This document shows, in pieces, positions 9,589 to 19,809 of a stretch of DNA of 64,000 nt. A program made the position numbers and the translations under genes. The DNA comes from Candidatus Woesearchaeota archaeon (GTDB lineage Archaea > Nanobdellota > Nanobdellia > Woesearchaeales > GW2011-AR9): the NCBI GenBank assembly GCA_018696595.1, contig JABHQW010000003.1:247757-311756 (forward strand), read 5' to 3'. How positions within the stretch are numbered: position 1 is the stretch's first letter; every line of letters starts with the position of its first letter. Under the pieces are notes generated by a model. That model had not been told where the DNA came from. It worked only from the letters and a program-made list of their open reading frames with translations, and searched no databases.

Positions 9589-11304
9589 TCAAACCATCTT
9601 TTCAACTTCTTCACTAGTTGTAGCCTGCTCTGCTTTCTTATCATCTCTAAACTTCAAAAATCTTGGAAATCGTAAAGCCAATCCAGAAGCGGCCGTATGA
9701 AACGGACTTTTAGTAACTTCTGCACCAAAAACTTCTACAACCACATTTGGTGAAAACCAAACATCTGCTTCCATTTCTTTCTTAAACAGTAACCGAGCAG
9801 GTTGTTTCTTAAGTTCATACTTCTTTAATTTCTTGGGCAATTCTGCTAAAACCTCATCAGTTAAACCAGTTCCCAATTTACAAAAAGTTTCAAACCGATC
9901 TTCTTTGTCATTATAAACTGCACAAAGTAAAGCCCCGTAAACTCCACTCCTTTTACCCCTACCGTAAAAAGCACCAACGATAACCAAATCAAGAGTATCA
10001 ATCATTTCTTGAACGTATTCCTTTTTCCATTTGATCCAATTCCAACCCCGAACCCCGGCTTGATAGACAGAATCTTCTGCTCGGGACTTAATAAAAATAC
10101 CTTCATAACCAGAATTCAACATTTTTCTAAAGAATTCATCAATCTCATTAACATCATCAGTAAGAATTCTTTCAGTAGGATTAACTTCTTTATTCTTATG
10201 TAAAATCTTTTCTAATTTTTCACTTCTCTTAAAATAAGGTTCGTTCAAATAAGGTTTTCCATTTAAATATAATAAATCAAAAACTTTGAAATTGATTGGA
10301 ATCTTCTTAACATATTCTTCAATGTCGTGTTTTCTTCTTCTCTGCATTAAAACTTGGAACGGTTGCGGTTTACCATCTTGATCAACAGCAAGAACTTCTC
10401 CCTCAACAATAAATTCTTTCTCGGGAATTGCTTTCAGTAGATACTTAACTAAATCTGGAAATTGATCAGTAATATTATCAAGTCTTCTGGAAAATAAATG
10501 TATTTTTCCTTCTTTATCTTTATGTGCTTGGATTCTTTCCCCATCATATTTAGCTTCAACAGTAACTTTGCCAGGAATCTTTTCTTGTGCTTCCTCTAAC
10601 GATTTAACTCTTTGCCCGAGCATCATTCTTATTGGTATGCCAACATGAATCTCAATCTTTTCAATCGCTTTCAAACCTTTCTTAGCTAAAGTTTCCGCAA
10701 TAATTCCTACGTCAGGACAAATGTTGTAAGCGTTTTCCAAAATTTTCTTATTTTGCTTATCTCCCGTAAAAGCCATTGCTAAAGCATCAAGTACGGCCAT
10801 TTCTGCTACGCCCATTCTTAACGTTCCTAAAGCAACTCTTACTAAATACTTAGCACTTTTACCAGTACATTTCTGTAACATTGCTGCAAGAGTATTAATT
10901 TTCAAATCCTGGCTTTTCGCTCCAGAAGTTTCTGCAATCTTATGTAATCCTTTGAAAGCTTCATCTAAAGTTAATTTTCCTACTGGAACAAGAGTCATTG
11001 GTTTTGTTTTCATAATTTTCTCTGCTACTAAACCGGCATCACCTGTTTCTTTCAAAATTCTTTTAACTCTGCTTGAATCTGCACCACCAGCAATAGAAAT
11101 TGATTTCAAAACCATCTTCTCTGCTAGATTTAATACAACAGATTGATAGTCAGAAGCAATCTGCCCAAGAGTTAGATAAGAAATAATTCTAATGTCGTCC
11201 TTTGGAACTTCTTTAAAGAATTCTGCTAGAATTTCTCTTATTTGATTCCCTGAAGCAGTATTTTCTAGTTCTTCATAGATGTTGGCTAGCTTAGTAAAGT
11301 CCAT
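9589..11304 (-). CDS. lig: ATP-dependent DNA ligase (archaeal)
   Basis: Motif I EAKYDGERIQAH, EGIFIK, WIKWKK, DLVIVGAFYGRGKR, LRFPRF. Confidence 0.97.
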   Translation of the reverse strand: MDFTKLANIYEELENTASGNQIREILAEFFKEVPKDDIRIISYLTLGQIASDYQSVVLNLAEKMVLKSISIAGGADSSRVKRILKETGDAGLVAEKIMKTKPMTLVPVGKLTLDEAFKGLHKIAETSGAKSQDLKINTLAAMLQKCTGKSAKYLVRVALGTLRMGVAEMAVLDALAMAFTGDKQNKKILENAYNICPDVGIIAETLAKKGLKAIEKIEIHVGIPIRMMLGQRVKSLEEAQEKIPGKVTVEAKYDGERIQAHKDKEGKIHLFSRRLDNITDQFPDLVKYLLKAIPEKEFIVEGEVLAVDQDGKPQPFQVLMQRRRKHDIEEYVKKIPINFKVFDLLYLNGKPYLNEPYFKRSEKLEKILHKNKEVNPTERILTDDVNEIDEFFRKMLNSGYEGIFIKSRAEDSVYQAGVRGWNWIKWKKEYVQEMIDTLDLVIVGAFYGRGKRSGVYGALLCAVYNDKEDRFETFCKLGTGLTDEVLAELPKKLKKYELKKQPARLLFKKEMEADVWFSPNVVVEVFGAEVTKSPFHTAASGLALRFPRFLKFRDDKKAEQATTSEEVEKMV

Positions 11305-11327
11305 AGAATTCTAGATTACTCATTATT

Positions 11328-12343
11328 ATTTAAAGGTTGTTGTAAGATATTAAAAGTTAAAAATAGACCACCCCCATAAAGTAACAACCCCACAAAAACT
11401 TTATAAACAAAAACAATTCTGAAAGTAATATGAGAAAATATCTTTGTAATGATTGTAATTTAGAAAGGTTATTAAAAAGTTTTGCAGGTAAAACCTTTGA
11501 AGATCCAAGAATAGTTTTAAACTCATTATCTGAATTAAATAAGCAAGATATGGAAGATTATGTTAAAGTAAAAGGCTTAGACGTATTGAAACAAGGAAGA
11601 GAAACACTTTTACAAGGAATTTATACAATGACATTAGGTGGTATAGCTTTAAACCATCAAATTGGCAGAGAAATGGAATTTTCAGATTTTTTAATTGTAG
11701 GTGGCTTATGGTTTGGAGCATTAGCATCAACAGGGGCTACTTTATTACATAAAAATGAGACCAAAGAACTTTCCGAAAAATTAGAAGAAATTTGTTATCC
11801 TCATTGGTCAACTTTTATCCGTGAAAATAAAGGGATGTATCAATTAAGTACAGAATCAGTAAAAGATCCAAAAGATAATAGCTGGGGAAGCGATGAAGAA
11901 ATAATGAACCAAAAATCAGAAGAAGGAAAAAAAATCATAGATTCTGAAAGATCACTGGAAAATAGAAAACAGGGTGAAGCATATGTTTTAGTAAACGGAG
12001 TATTAGTTACTGAATGTGAATCCAGAAACGAAACAGCTGATGTTATTGATTTTAAAACAGGAATAAAACTAGAAGAAGAATCTTATTCAACAAATCTTAA
12101 AATTGTTACAAAAAATGAATTTGGTTTAAAAACAGCTGATGCATATATAGAAGCACCAACTAATGAATTATTAGGTCAAGATAGATCTTTATTAGGACAA
12201 GAATTATGGATGTTATGCCAATATGAAGGAGAAAAAATTAGAGTAGTAGATTATGGCCCTGCTGTTAATATAACTCCGACTGTTCCTGAAGTTATTAGAA
12301 AAGTCCAAGTTTGAAAATAATTAGAAGATTTAAAGGTTGTTGT
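11328..12343. repeat. Perfect 16-bp direct repeat ATTTAAAGGTTGTTGT at 11328-11343 and 12328-12343, flanking one accessory gene
   Basis: Identical 16-mers exactly 1000 bp apart. On the minus strand the repeat reads ACAACAACCTTTAAAT, the BRE/TATA of the ligase gene. Confidence 0.8.
11430..12314 (+). CDS. Hypothetical membrane protein
   Basis: 294-aa ORF with two hydrophobic helices (about aa 60-105) and its own TATA 30 bp upstream. Confidence 0.7.
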   Translation: MRKYLCNDCNLERLLKSFAGKTFEDPRIVLNSLSELNKQDMEDYVKVKGLDVLKQGRETLLQGIYTMTLGGIALNHQIGREMEFSDFLIVGGLWFGALASTGATLLHKNETKELSEKLEEICYPHWSTFIRENKGMYQLSTESVKDPKDNSWGSDEEIMNQKSEEGKKIIDSERSLENRKQGEAYVLVNGVLVTECESRNETADVIDFKTGIKLEEESYSTNLKIVTKNEFGLKTADAYIEAPTNELLGQDRSLLGQELWMLCQYEGEKIRVVDYGPAVNITPTVPEVIRKVQV

Positions 12344-12370
12344 GCTAGAAATAGAAAGATCCAAAATAAA

Positions 12371-12925
12371 TTATTTATACTCTTCCATTAATGCTAATTT
12401 AGGATCTAATAATTCTTCAACCAAATCTGGATCCTCAAAATATGGGCCCGCAATCATAAAAACATAAATTTTGTCTCCTCTACGTATCTGAATAATATTA
12501 CCAAAAATTTCATCATCATCATTCACTAAAAATGAAAAAAAAGTTTCATCACCCAAATCAATAAAGTTTTCTTGTTCTTCTACTTTACTATCACCAAAAT
12601 ATGCGCCACCTTTGTAAGCCAGAATAAAGTTTCTGAAACTTTGTTTTGCTTCAGCCACATTTTTCTCAAAGTTAATAGATGACATGATCATTAACTGATC
12701 AACTTTTTCTATTTCAAAGGAATCGTATTCATATTCTATTTCAATAGACCCATCAGTATAAGCAACTTTATCATATTCTCCAATTTCTGCCAGATATGAA
12801 AGATCATAGTCTTGAAAATCTTCAACTGAAATTAATAAACCCTTTTCTTCTTCAGAAATAGATAAAGGGATACATCCACTAATAAAAAACATTAAGATTA
12901 ACAAAATGGGGGTTATTTTCTTCAT
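12371..12925 (-). CDS. Putative lipoprotein
   Basis: MKKITPILLILMFFISGC lipobox-like signal; acidic globular domain. Confidence 0.7.
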   Translation of the reverse strand: MKKITPILLILMFFISGCIPLSISEEEKGLLISVEDFQDYDLSYLAEIGEYDKVAYTDGSIEIEYEYDSFEIEKVDQLMIMSSINFEKNVAEAKQSFRNFILAYKGGAYFGDSKVEEQENFIDLGDETFFSFLVNDDDEIFGNIIQIRRGDKIYVFMIAGPYFEDPDLVEELLDPKLALMEEYK

Positions 12926-12995
12926 CAATACAGATTTAAACACAATAAGTATATAAAATTATAGTTGCAACAGAACAACAATTTAAAAAAAGAAT

Positions 12996-13106
12996 TTACT
13001 CTTCTTCTTCCTCTTCTTCAACTTTCTTCTTTACAAAAGAACTAAGAGTATGACAACTCATCATTGCTTTATAAGAAATTTTTTTTGTAACGTTTTTTAT
13101 AATCAT
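12996..13106 (-). CDS. Possible 36-aa small protein with acidic tail (not in ORF track)
   Basis: GAGGTGA RBS just upstream; MIIKNVTKKISYKAMMSCHTLSSFVKKKVEEEEEEE*. Confidence 0.3.
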   Translation of the reverse strand: MIIKNVTKKISYKAMMSCHTLSSFVKKKVEEEEEEE

Positions 13107-13371
13107 CCATCACCTCTTTTTTGTAAACACCCAGCGGAAAAACTAATTTCCGTGGATGTCGGAAGTTCCTTTGTTCCCTAACACCTATCAGAAATTCAGA
13201 AAGCGAACTTGTTTATAAATAATGTTGGGGTTGAAAATATATTCTATAACCCGATACCATTCCAAAAGTATAATTGCAGTTTACTACTCGCAACCAATAT
13301 GTCCCATTACTACTTTTGTAGAGGTAGAAAAAGTTTAAGATTAAATTAAAAATAATTATTAAAAGTTTTAG

Positions 13372-13674
13372 TCAGAACCAGATCTCGGGAAATTGTTTTC
13401 TAATTTCCAAAACGAGATTCAAAGATTCTTTATACTGAACATAAGTATTTTCTTTCATCTGTGCAAAAGTCTCATCTTGCGATAAATAGGGAATACATTT
13501 TTCTTCATAACGTAAAATCCTACCAGTTAACCCAGATAAACAATTTCCTTTACGATGAACTTTAGCTCCATCAGGTGGCAGAGCATTTAGTTGCACTTTC
13601 AAGTGAGTATATAAAGAATAAACTTCTCTGTCTTGTAAACGTTCTTCTAACTCTTCTCTTGTTTCTTGTTTCAT
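13372..13674 (-). CDS. Hypothetical protein
   Basis: 100-aa ORF, third gene of a minus-strand run after TFS. Confidence 0.6.
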   Translation of the reverse strand: MKQETREELEERLQDREVYSLYTHLKVQLNALPPDGAKVHRKGNCLSGLTGRILRYEEKCIPYLSQDETFAQMKENTYVQYKESLNLVLEIRKQFPEIWF

Positions 13675-13692
13675 TTTACTAAGAACATCTAT

Positions 13693-14178
13693 TTACTTCT
13701 GTACCAGATCAATTTCTTGAGAATCTTCAACTTCGCCAGTACCAGCATTAAGTTTCATGTTTACGAACTTCAGCTGTTTAGTTATGAAAGTAAAATTCCA
13801 AACTGTTTTCTCTTGATAAGTTTGCAAGATAATAAAGCCATCTCCCAAAAGTGCCCCAGGAAAACTTTTAGGAAGTTCTTCTTTGAGAATATCTAAAGCT
13901 TGTACAAAAGATAATTTCACTTCATCTAACTTTAAAGGTTCAACTTTAGCATCCTGTTTCTTAAAAACATCATCCGCTGGTTTAATCTCAAAACCGTTTT
14001 GATTAGCAACAAATACAGTTATCTTATCATTAGAATGGTAACCAATTTCCCAGTTAGATTTTAATTGAAAGTCTGCACTTAATGGACAAAATAAATGTGA
14101 TAAAAAACTTTCAGCATTATCTTGCTGCCACTGTTTAAACAAATCATCCTCAGAAAGTTTCTCAATTAACTCTTTCAT
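13693..14178 (-). CDS. Hypothetical protein (possible PepSY-like beta fold)
   Basis: ATG at 14178 overlaps the TFS stop (TAATG), implying translational coupling. Confidence 0.65.
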   Translation of the reverse strand: MKELIEKLSEDDLFKQWQQDNAESFLSHLFCPLSADFQLKSNWEIGYHSNDKITVFVANQNGFEIKPADDVFKKQDAKVEPLKLDEVKLSFVQALDILKEELPKSFPGALLGDGFIILQTYQEKTVWNFTFITKQLKFVNMKLNAGTGEVEDSQEIDLVQK

Positions 14179-14489
14179 TATGCATATTCTCTCCAAGTAA
14201 AACCACACTTAGTACATCTAAAGAATCTGGTTTCTGGTTCATCTGCGCCACGAGTTTGCTGAGTCCAGTATAAAGCAATCCCGTGCCCACATTTCTCACA
14301 CTTTGCTTTAATTTTTGGATGAGTATCTGTATCTTCCATAATTTCAACTTTCTTACTAACACTACCTTTTTCTTTTAGTTCGATTGTTTCTTCTTCAGGG
14401 GCTTTATTAAAACCACAAGTACAGAAAAGAACTTTTTTACCGGCCTTCATTTTTGGCCTTAATATTGAACCACATTTTGGACAAAACAT
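14178..14489 (-). CDS. tfs: Transcription factor S (TFS, RpoM family)
   Basis: Two Zn ribbons (CPKC..CTC; CEKC..CTKC) and the QTRGADEP acidic hairpin. Confidence 0.93.
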   Translation of the reverse strand: MFCPKCGSILRPKMKAGKKVLFCTCGFNKAPEEETIELKEKGSVSKKVEIMEDTDTHPKIKAKCEKCGHGIALYWTQQTRGADEPETRFFRCTKCGFTWREYA

Positions 14490-14616
14490 TGTATATTCAC
14501 CTATAAGTATATTTAACGATTTTGTTGGAATTGTGAAGTTATTTATATAATTTTGGTATTTAGGGAATATGCTTTGAGACTAAACCTTTTTAAACATTTA
14601 ACTTATCCCAATTAAT

Positions 14617-16446
14617 ATGGATTATGAAAAAATTGGTTTGAAGTCAGGAATAGAGATACATCAACAACTTGAAGGGAAGAAATTATTCTGTAATTGTCCA
14701 ACTTTGTTAAGAGATGATAAACCAGATTTTGAAATTAGAAGAAAATTAAGAGCGTCAGCTGGAGAATCTGGAAAAATTGACGTTGCTGCAAAACAAGAAC
14801 AAATTAGAAATAAAACGTTTATCTATCAAGGTTATCATGATACTACTTGTTTAGTTGAATGCGATGAAGAACCACCGCATGCAATGAACCAAGATGCTTT
14901 ATACACCTGTTTACAATTATCTAAATCAGTTAATGCTAATGTTTCTCCAGTTGTGCAAGTGATGAGAAAAACAGTAGCAGATGGTTCTAACACTGGTGGA
15001 TTTCAAAGAACTGCTTTAATTGCCAGAAATGGTGAAATTGAAACTTCAGAGGGGATTGTTAGAATTGATAACATTTCTTTAGAAGAAGATGCTTGTAAAA
15101 TTGTTTCTGAAACCGAAACTGAGAAAACTTACAAATTAGATCGCTTAGGAATTCCGTTAATTGAAATTGGAACTGCCCCAGATATTAAAACGCCACAACA
15201 ATGTCAAGAAACGGCAAAAAAATTAGGAATGTTATTACGTTCACTTCCAAGAGTTAAACGAGGATTAGGAACCATTCGGCAAGATGTTAATGTTTCTATT
15301 AAAGGTGGAACAAGAGTAGAAGTTAAAGGAGCACAAGATTTACGTGCTATTCCAACACTAGTTGATTTAGAAATTAAACGGCAAATGGAATTGTTAAATA
15401 TCAAAAAAGATTTGTCTGGAATTAAATTGAATGAATTTAAAATTTATGATATAACTAAATTATTACAAAAATCTAAAGCCAAAGTTATCGAATCTGCAAT
15501 TAAAGTTAAAGGAAAAATTTTAGCTTTGAGGTTGAATGAGTTTTCTGGAATTATTGGTAAAGAATTGCAACCCAATTACCGGGTTGGCAGTGAATTCTCG
15601 GGCCGAGCAAAGATTAAAGCTGGCGTAAAAGGAATATTTCATTCAGATGAATTACCTAACTATGGAATTACTAAAGATGAAGTTGATTTAATTAAGAAAG
15701 AATTGAAATGTAAAGAGAAAGATGCTTTTGTGTTAGTTGCTGCTTTAGAAGATAAAGCCAAGATTGCACTTTCTGCAGTTTATGAACGGGCTGAAGAGTT
15801 GTTTACAGGAGTCCCAAAAGAAGTTCGTAAAGCGGAACAAAATGGGTTATCCTCTTTCATGCGGCCAATGCCTGGTTCTGCTCGTATGTACCCTGAAACA
15901 GATGTTCCTTTAGCAAGACCAGACCCACATTCAGTAGAATTACCTGAATTAATTTCTGAAAGGGCTGAACGATATCAAAAAAAGTTTAGTTTGAATTCAG
16001 ATATGGCCAATCATGTTGCTAAATCAAATTATTCAGAATTGTTTGAAGAATTAGTAAAGAAATATCCTAAATTCAAACCAGCATTTATTGTTGATACGTT
16101 AATATCAATGCCAATTGAAATTAAGAAGAAATATCAATTAGATTCTTCTAAATTAACTGATGAGAATTATAAAGATTTGTTTAAGTATTTGCATTCAGAA
16201 GAAATTCATAAAGATATTGTGGTTGATGTTCTGATTGATATGATTAAAGGCAAGTTTGATTTAAAAAATTATGAATCTCTTTCCACAGAAGATGTTCATG
16301 AAACTATTAAAAAGATTGTTTCTAAAAATAAAGGGGCTCCTTTTGGCGCTTTAATGGGTCAATGCATGAAAGCTCTTGCTGGAAAAGTTAGTGGGAAAGT
16401 GATTAGTGAAGCCCTCAGAAAGGAAATTTCTGGGGCGCAAAAGTAA
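14617..16446 (+). CDS. gatE: Glutamyl-tRNA(Gln) amidotransferase subunit E
   Basis: GLKSGIEIHQQLEGKKLFCNCP, LDRLGIPLIEIGT, GLGTIRQDVNVSI, RPMPGSARMYPETD. Confidence 0.96.
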   Translation: MDYEKIGLKSGIEIHQQLEGKKLFCNCPTLLRDDKPDFEIRRKLRASAGESGKIDVAAKQEQIRNKTFIYQGYHDTTCLVECDEEPPHAMNQDALYTCLQLSKSVNANVSPVVQVMRKTVADGSNTGGFQRTALIARNGEIETSEGIVRIDNISLEEDACKIVSETETEKTYKLDRLGIPLIEIGTAPDIKTPQQCQETAKKLGMLLRSLPRVKRGLGTIRQDVNVSIKGGTRVEVKGAQDLRAIPTLVDLEIKRQMELLNIKKDLSGIKLNEFKIYDITKLLQKSKAKVIESAIKVKGKILALRLNEFSGIIGKELQPNYRVGSEFSGRAKIKAGVKGIFHSDELPNYGITKDEVDLIKKELKCKEKDAFVLVAALEDKAKIALSAVYERAEELFTGVPKEVRKAEQNGLSSFMRPMPGSARMYPETDVPLARPDPHSVELPELISERAERYQKKFSLNSDMANHVAKSNYSELFEELVKKYPKFKPAFIVDTLISMPIEIKKKYQLDSSKLTDENYKDLFKYLHSEEIHKDIVVDVLIDMIKGKFDLKNYESLSTEDVHETIKKIVSKNKGAPFGALMGQCMKALAGKVSGKVISEALRKEISGAQK

Positions 16447-16527
16447 TCGTTGTTACTTTTTGCGAACTGAAGAAATTGACCACCAAAAAGTGATAAATTT
16501 ATAAATGGTTAATTTCTTTGATGTATT

Positions 16528-17112
16528 ATGGGAGATTTATTACAATTCGCAAGACAAGAAATGGCTAATTTGTATGCCATAGGATTACAAATCCCAGTCC
16601 CCACTGGTGCTAAATTCGTGGATCATGGCGAAGTAATAGACAAAAAACAACAAGAATTATGGGGATCCTGTACAAATCAATATTCTGCTGGAAAAATGTT
16701 AACAGAGTTAATGGTCAATGGATTATTAGAAAGAGATGTAAAAACTTTTGCTCGTGGACATGAAGAAGGCCATGCAACATTTTATTTAGGTCATTTAAAA
16801 TCTCTTAAAGAAATTGCTGAGGAGTTAGAAGTAACTTTGAAATTTTTTACAGATGATTATTGTTTAAAACATGATGAAGCTATGAAAAGATTTCTTATTC
16901 CTGGTGTAGGAACCAATGAAGATTATAACATTGCCAAATGTAAACCCATGTATGAACGAGAGATGATTGCACATATTGGTGGATTAGCAGCATTAGTAAA
17001 TTCCCCTTCAGCAAAAAAAAGTATTATTGAACATGTTCAACATGCCATTTGTAATGGCGATATAAATGCATATCCGTTAGCTAAAGCGGTTAAAATAACC
17101 AGGCGTTTTTAG
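16528..17112 (+). CDS. Putative zincin metallopeptidase
   Basis: RGHEEGHA (HExxH) plus downstream YEREMIAH, a candidate third Glu ligand. Confidence 0.55.
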   Translation: MGDLLQFARQEMANLYAIGLQIPVPTGAKFVDHGEVIDKKQQELWGSCTNQYSAGKMLTELMVNGLLERDVKTFARGHEEGHATFYLGHLKSLKEIAEELEVTLKFFTDDYCLKHDEAMKRFLIPGVGTNEDYNIAKCKPMYEREMIAHIGGLAALVNSPSAKKSIIEHVQHAICNGDINAYPLAKAVKITRRF

Positions 17113-17175
17113 TTGTCACTCTTTTGTGACAAAAACAACGAAACATTTATAAATAAGCTTAATTCTTAGTATATT

Positions 17176-18447
17176 ATGCTTGAAAGACTGGTAGAAAGTA
17201 CTAAAACAGGTGATGTTGGACTAGGTTTAAACGATTCTTCTAATAGCGTTTTCGCTGAAAATGGTGCTATTGAAAGGTCTTTAGAAAAGAGCGTAAATTT
17301 TGTTTATGATACCATTTATGGAAATAGAGACACTTCTGAAATGTCTGATAAAGAAAAAGTAGCACGTTTAGCTGGTGCAAGTGCTTTAATTGCGGCCATG
17401 GGAACTTCTTACGTTTTAGCTGAATCAGTTTGTAGGGGATCAGAATTTATTGGTAGAGGAACAGTAGAATTATTAGGAAAAGCAGGAAACCTTGCTTATA
17501 ATAAATTAGAGTTTGTTGAAAACGCTACTGAGAAAGTTAAAGATGTTTATAATCAACTTCAAACGAAAGTATCTAGACCAATAAAGAAAAAAATTGGCCG
17601 ATTCTTTAAAAGATTTAAAGACCAGTTAGTAATTGGTGCTTCTGTAGCAACATTAGCATTAAGTTATGGCGGAATTAAAGGATGTAATGAAGAACCTACA
17701 GCAATTGTTGAACCAGAAAGAGATTATAGAAACCCAATAAATAGTATTACAGATTTATTTGAAGAACCTCAAGAAGAGGAAAGAGTACAGAGACCAACCT
17801 CAAGAACAATAGAACCACCAAGACCAGTTATTCAACAATCTAGAAGAGCCCCTGAAAGAGTAACACCTCAATGTTCAAACACAAGTTCAAGAAGTGAATA
17901 TCAAAATGTTGCTAATGCCGCCCAATCAAGAGCAATTTCTCAAAGAACCAATTATGCTTTTGATAATGCACCAACTAGTCCTTTAGAAGGACTAACTGGA
18001 AACACTGAACCAGGAAGAACAAAAATTAATTGGTTAAAAAACAGAAATAAATGTAACCAGTTTGTTGGAGACGCATTAGTGCAAGCAGGACATAAAGTTC
18101 CAACTCATGAAATGAATGATAGAAATCATTCTTTACATTACAAAGAAATTGAACAATTCCCTCATGAAGATAATTATTTTACAAAAGTTACTGATTTCTG
18201 TGATATTAAACCTGGACACGTTTTAGTTATTGATCATCCAACTAGTGGAGAAAGTACTGCTCACGGAGAAATCATTGCTGATGTGAATTATCAAACTGGA
18301 ACAATTAGAAGTTTCGGTGCCCACGCAGATGGTGCTTACAAAAAAACATTTGACATTTTCAAACACGCTAAACTTGTTACTGATGATGAAAATAATATAC
18401 ATTGGAAATTAGGCTTGGACAAAATCTATGTATTAAAACCAAAATAA
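17176..18447 (+). CDS. Membrane-anchored NlpC/P60 / CHAP-like cysteine hydrolase (putative peptidoglycan amidase/endopeptidase)
   Basis: C-terminal NKCNQFVGDAL (catalytic Cys), IKPGHVLVI, TAHGEII (catalytic His), SFGAH. N-terminal hydrophobic helices end in GGIKGC; Pro/Gln/Arg-rich linker. Confidence 0.65.
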   Translation: MLERLVESTKTGDVGLGLNDSSNSVFAENGAIERSLEKSVNFVYDTIYGNRDTSEMSDKEKVARLAGASALIAAMGTSYVLAESVCRGSEFIGRGTVELLGKAGNLAYNKLEFVENATEKVKDVYNQLQTKVSRPIKKKIGRFFKRFKDQLVIGASVATLALSYGGIKGCNEEPTAIVEPERDYRNPINSITDLFEEPQEEERVQRPTSRTIEPPRPVIQQSRRAPERVTPQCSNTSSRSEYQNVANAAQSRAISQRTNYAFDNAPTSPLEGLTGNTEPGRTKINWLKNRNKCNQFVGDALVQAGHKVPTHEMNDRNHSLHYKEIEQFPHEDNYFTKVTDFCDIKPGHVLVIDHPTSGESTAHGEIIADVNYQTGTIRSFGAHADGAYKKTFDIFKHAKLVTDDENNIHWKLGLDKIYVLKPK

Positions 18448-18449
18448 AA

Positions 18450-19808
18450 ATGGATCTAAAACCACAATTAGAAGAAGCTATTAAATGTACAAAGCAAGCA
18501 GGAACGTGGGTAAATCAACACCAGCCTAGTTTTGCTAGATTTGCAGATCCAATCATGATGAGAACTGCTGCTGGTTTAGGTTATATAGAAGGAGTGCAAG
18601 GAGTTATCGAATCCACTCAAGCACCGCCATTAATTCAAGCTGCATTATATTCTGCCGCAGGTGTAGGAATGGTTAAATGGAATGAGATTGTTGTTTCTGA
18701 AATTAATCGTGGATTACATGAATATAATTCTAGACAAACCGTTGGAGATGGATTTAATTGGGCAAAGAGTTTATTATTATTAGGCACGGCTAGTTTAGCA
18801 GTTTCTTCTCTTACAGATAATTGTGATAGTCAAGGAACTCCTTTTCATGAAGAAAATGTTGAATACATAACTAAAGATTTTGTTCAAAAACCAGCAAATG
18901 ACACTCTTAGGTTCCTTATTGGAGAATCTGAAGAAGAACTAAACGATTTTGAATCTGAGTTGCGCGATTTATTAGCTGAGGAAGATTTAGAATCGGACTT
19001 AGAAAAATTTGAACTTTATGAACCAGATGTGAGTTTATCAGATATTGTTGACGAAGATTCTCAATCAATCAATTTGGTAGATATTGAACAATTAAAATCA
19101 AGGTTAGAAGAAACTCTTGCTAGACAAGCAATTATAGAAACACCATTACATCCAAAAGCACAACAACATTATGAGGGGTACTCTGGAAGACATCATCATC
19201 GAATGGTTAAAAAGATTGAAAGAACTAGCCAATATGATGATTTAATACAAGATGCCGCAGAGAGATATAATATTGATAAAGAAGTAATGTCTGCTTTAAT
19301 TATTAAAGAGAGTGATGGTAATTTTAAAGCAAAATCTCATGTTGGCGCTCGAGGTTTAATGCAAATCATGCCAAGGACTGGAAAATACCTTGCCGAAATA
19401 ATGGGTGATAAATTTGTCGAACTAACTGGAAGAAGCACATTAAGAACTTCTGATTTGTATGACCCAAAAATTAATATTGAGATGGGTGCGTTTTATTTAA
19501 GATTTATTCATGATCGTTATGGAGACCGAATTTTGAAGAAACGTGAACAAGCAAGTAAAGATTATCAAGAATGGACTGCAGCTGACCGCTGGGATTTCAC
19601 TATGGCTTGTTATAACCGAGGTCCAAGTGGAATGACTAGAAATATGATGAAAGCCCGTGCCGACACATTCTGGGATTTAGAAAAAGAACAAACTACTGAT
19701 GAAGTGTTATTTTATGTTCCTAGAATCAGAGCAATTGCAAAAGTTCGTGCTGAATATTTAATGAAGCAATCTGGTGTTAATGAAGAAGTTGCGAGGTTGG
19801 TGCATTAG
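18450..19808 (+). CDS. Membrane-anchored soluble lytic transglycosylase (SLT domain)
   Basis: YDDLIQDAAERYNID...ALIIKES (catalytic Glu), GARGLMQIMPRTG, LYDPKINIEMGAFYL, ACYNRGP. N-terminal TM segments. Confidence 0.92.
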   Translation: MDLKPQLEEAIKCTKQAGTWVNQHQPSFARFADPIMMRTAAGLGYIEGVQGVIESTQAPPLIQAALYSAAGVGMVKWNEIVVSEINRGLHEYNSRQTVGDGFNWAKSLLLLGTASLAVSSLTDNCDSQGTPFHEENVEYITKDFVQKPANDTLRFLIGESEEELNDFESELRDLLAEEDLESDLEKFELYEPDVSLSDIVDEDSQSINLVDIEQLKSRLEETLARQAIIETPLHPKAQQHYEGYSGRHHHRMVKKIERTSQYDDLIQDAAERYNIDKEVMSALIIKESDGNFKAKSHVGARGLMQIMPRTGKYLAEIMGDKFVELTGRSTLRTSDLYDPKINIEMGAFYLRFIHDRYGDRILKKREQASKDYQEWTAADRWDFTMACYNRGPSGMTRNMMKARADTFWDLEKEQTTDEVLFYVPRIRAIAKVRAEYLMKQSGVNEEVARLVH

Positions 19809-19809
19809 A

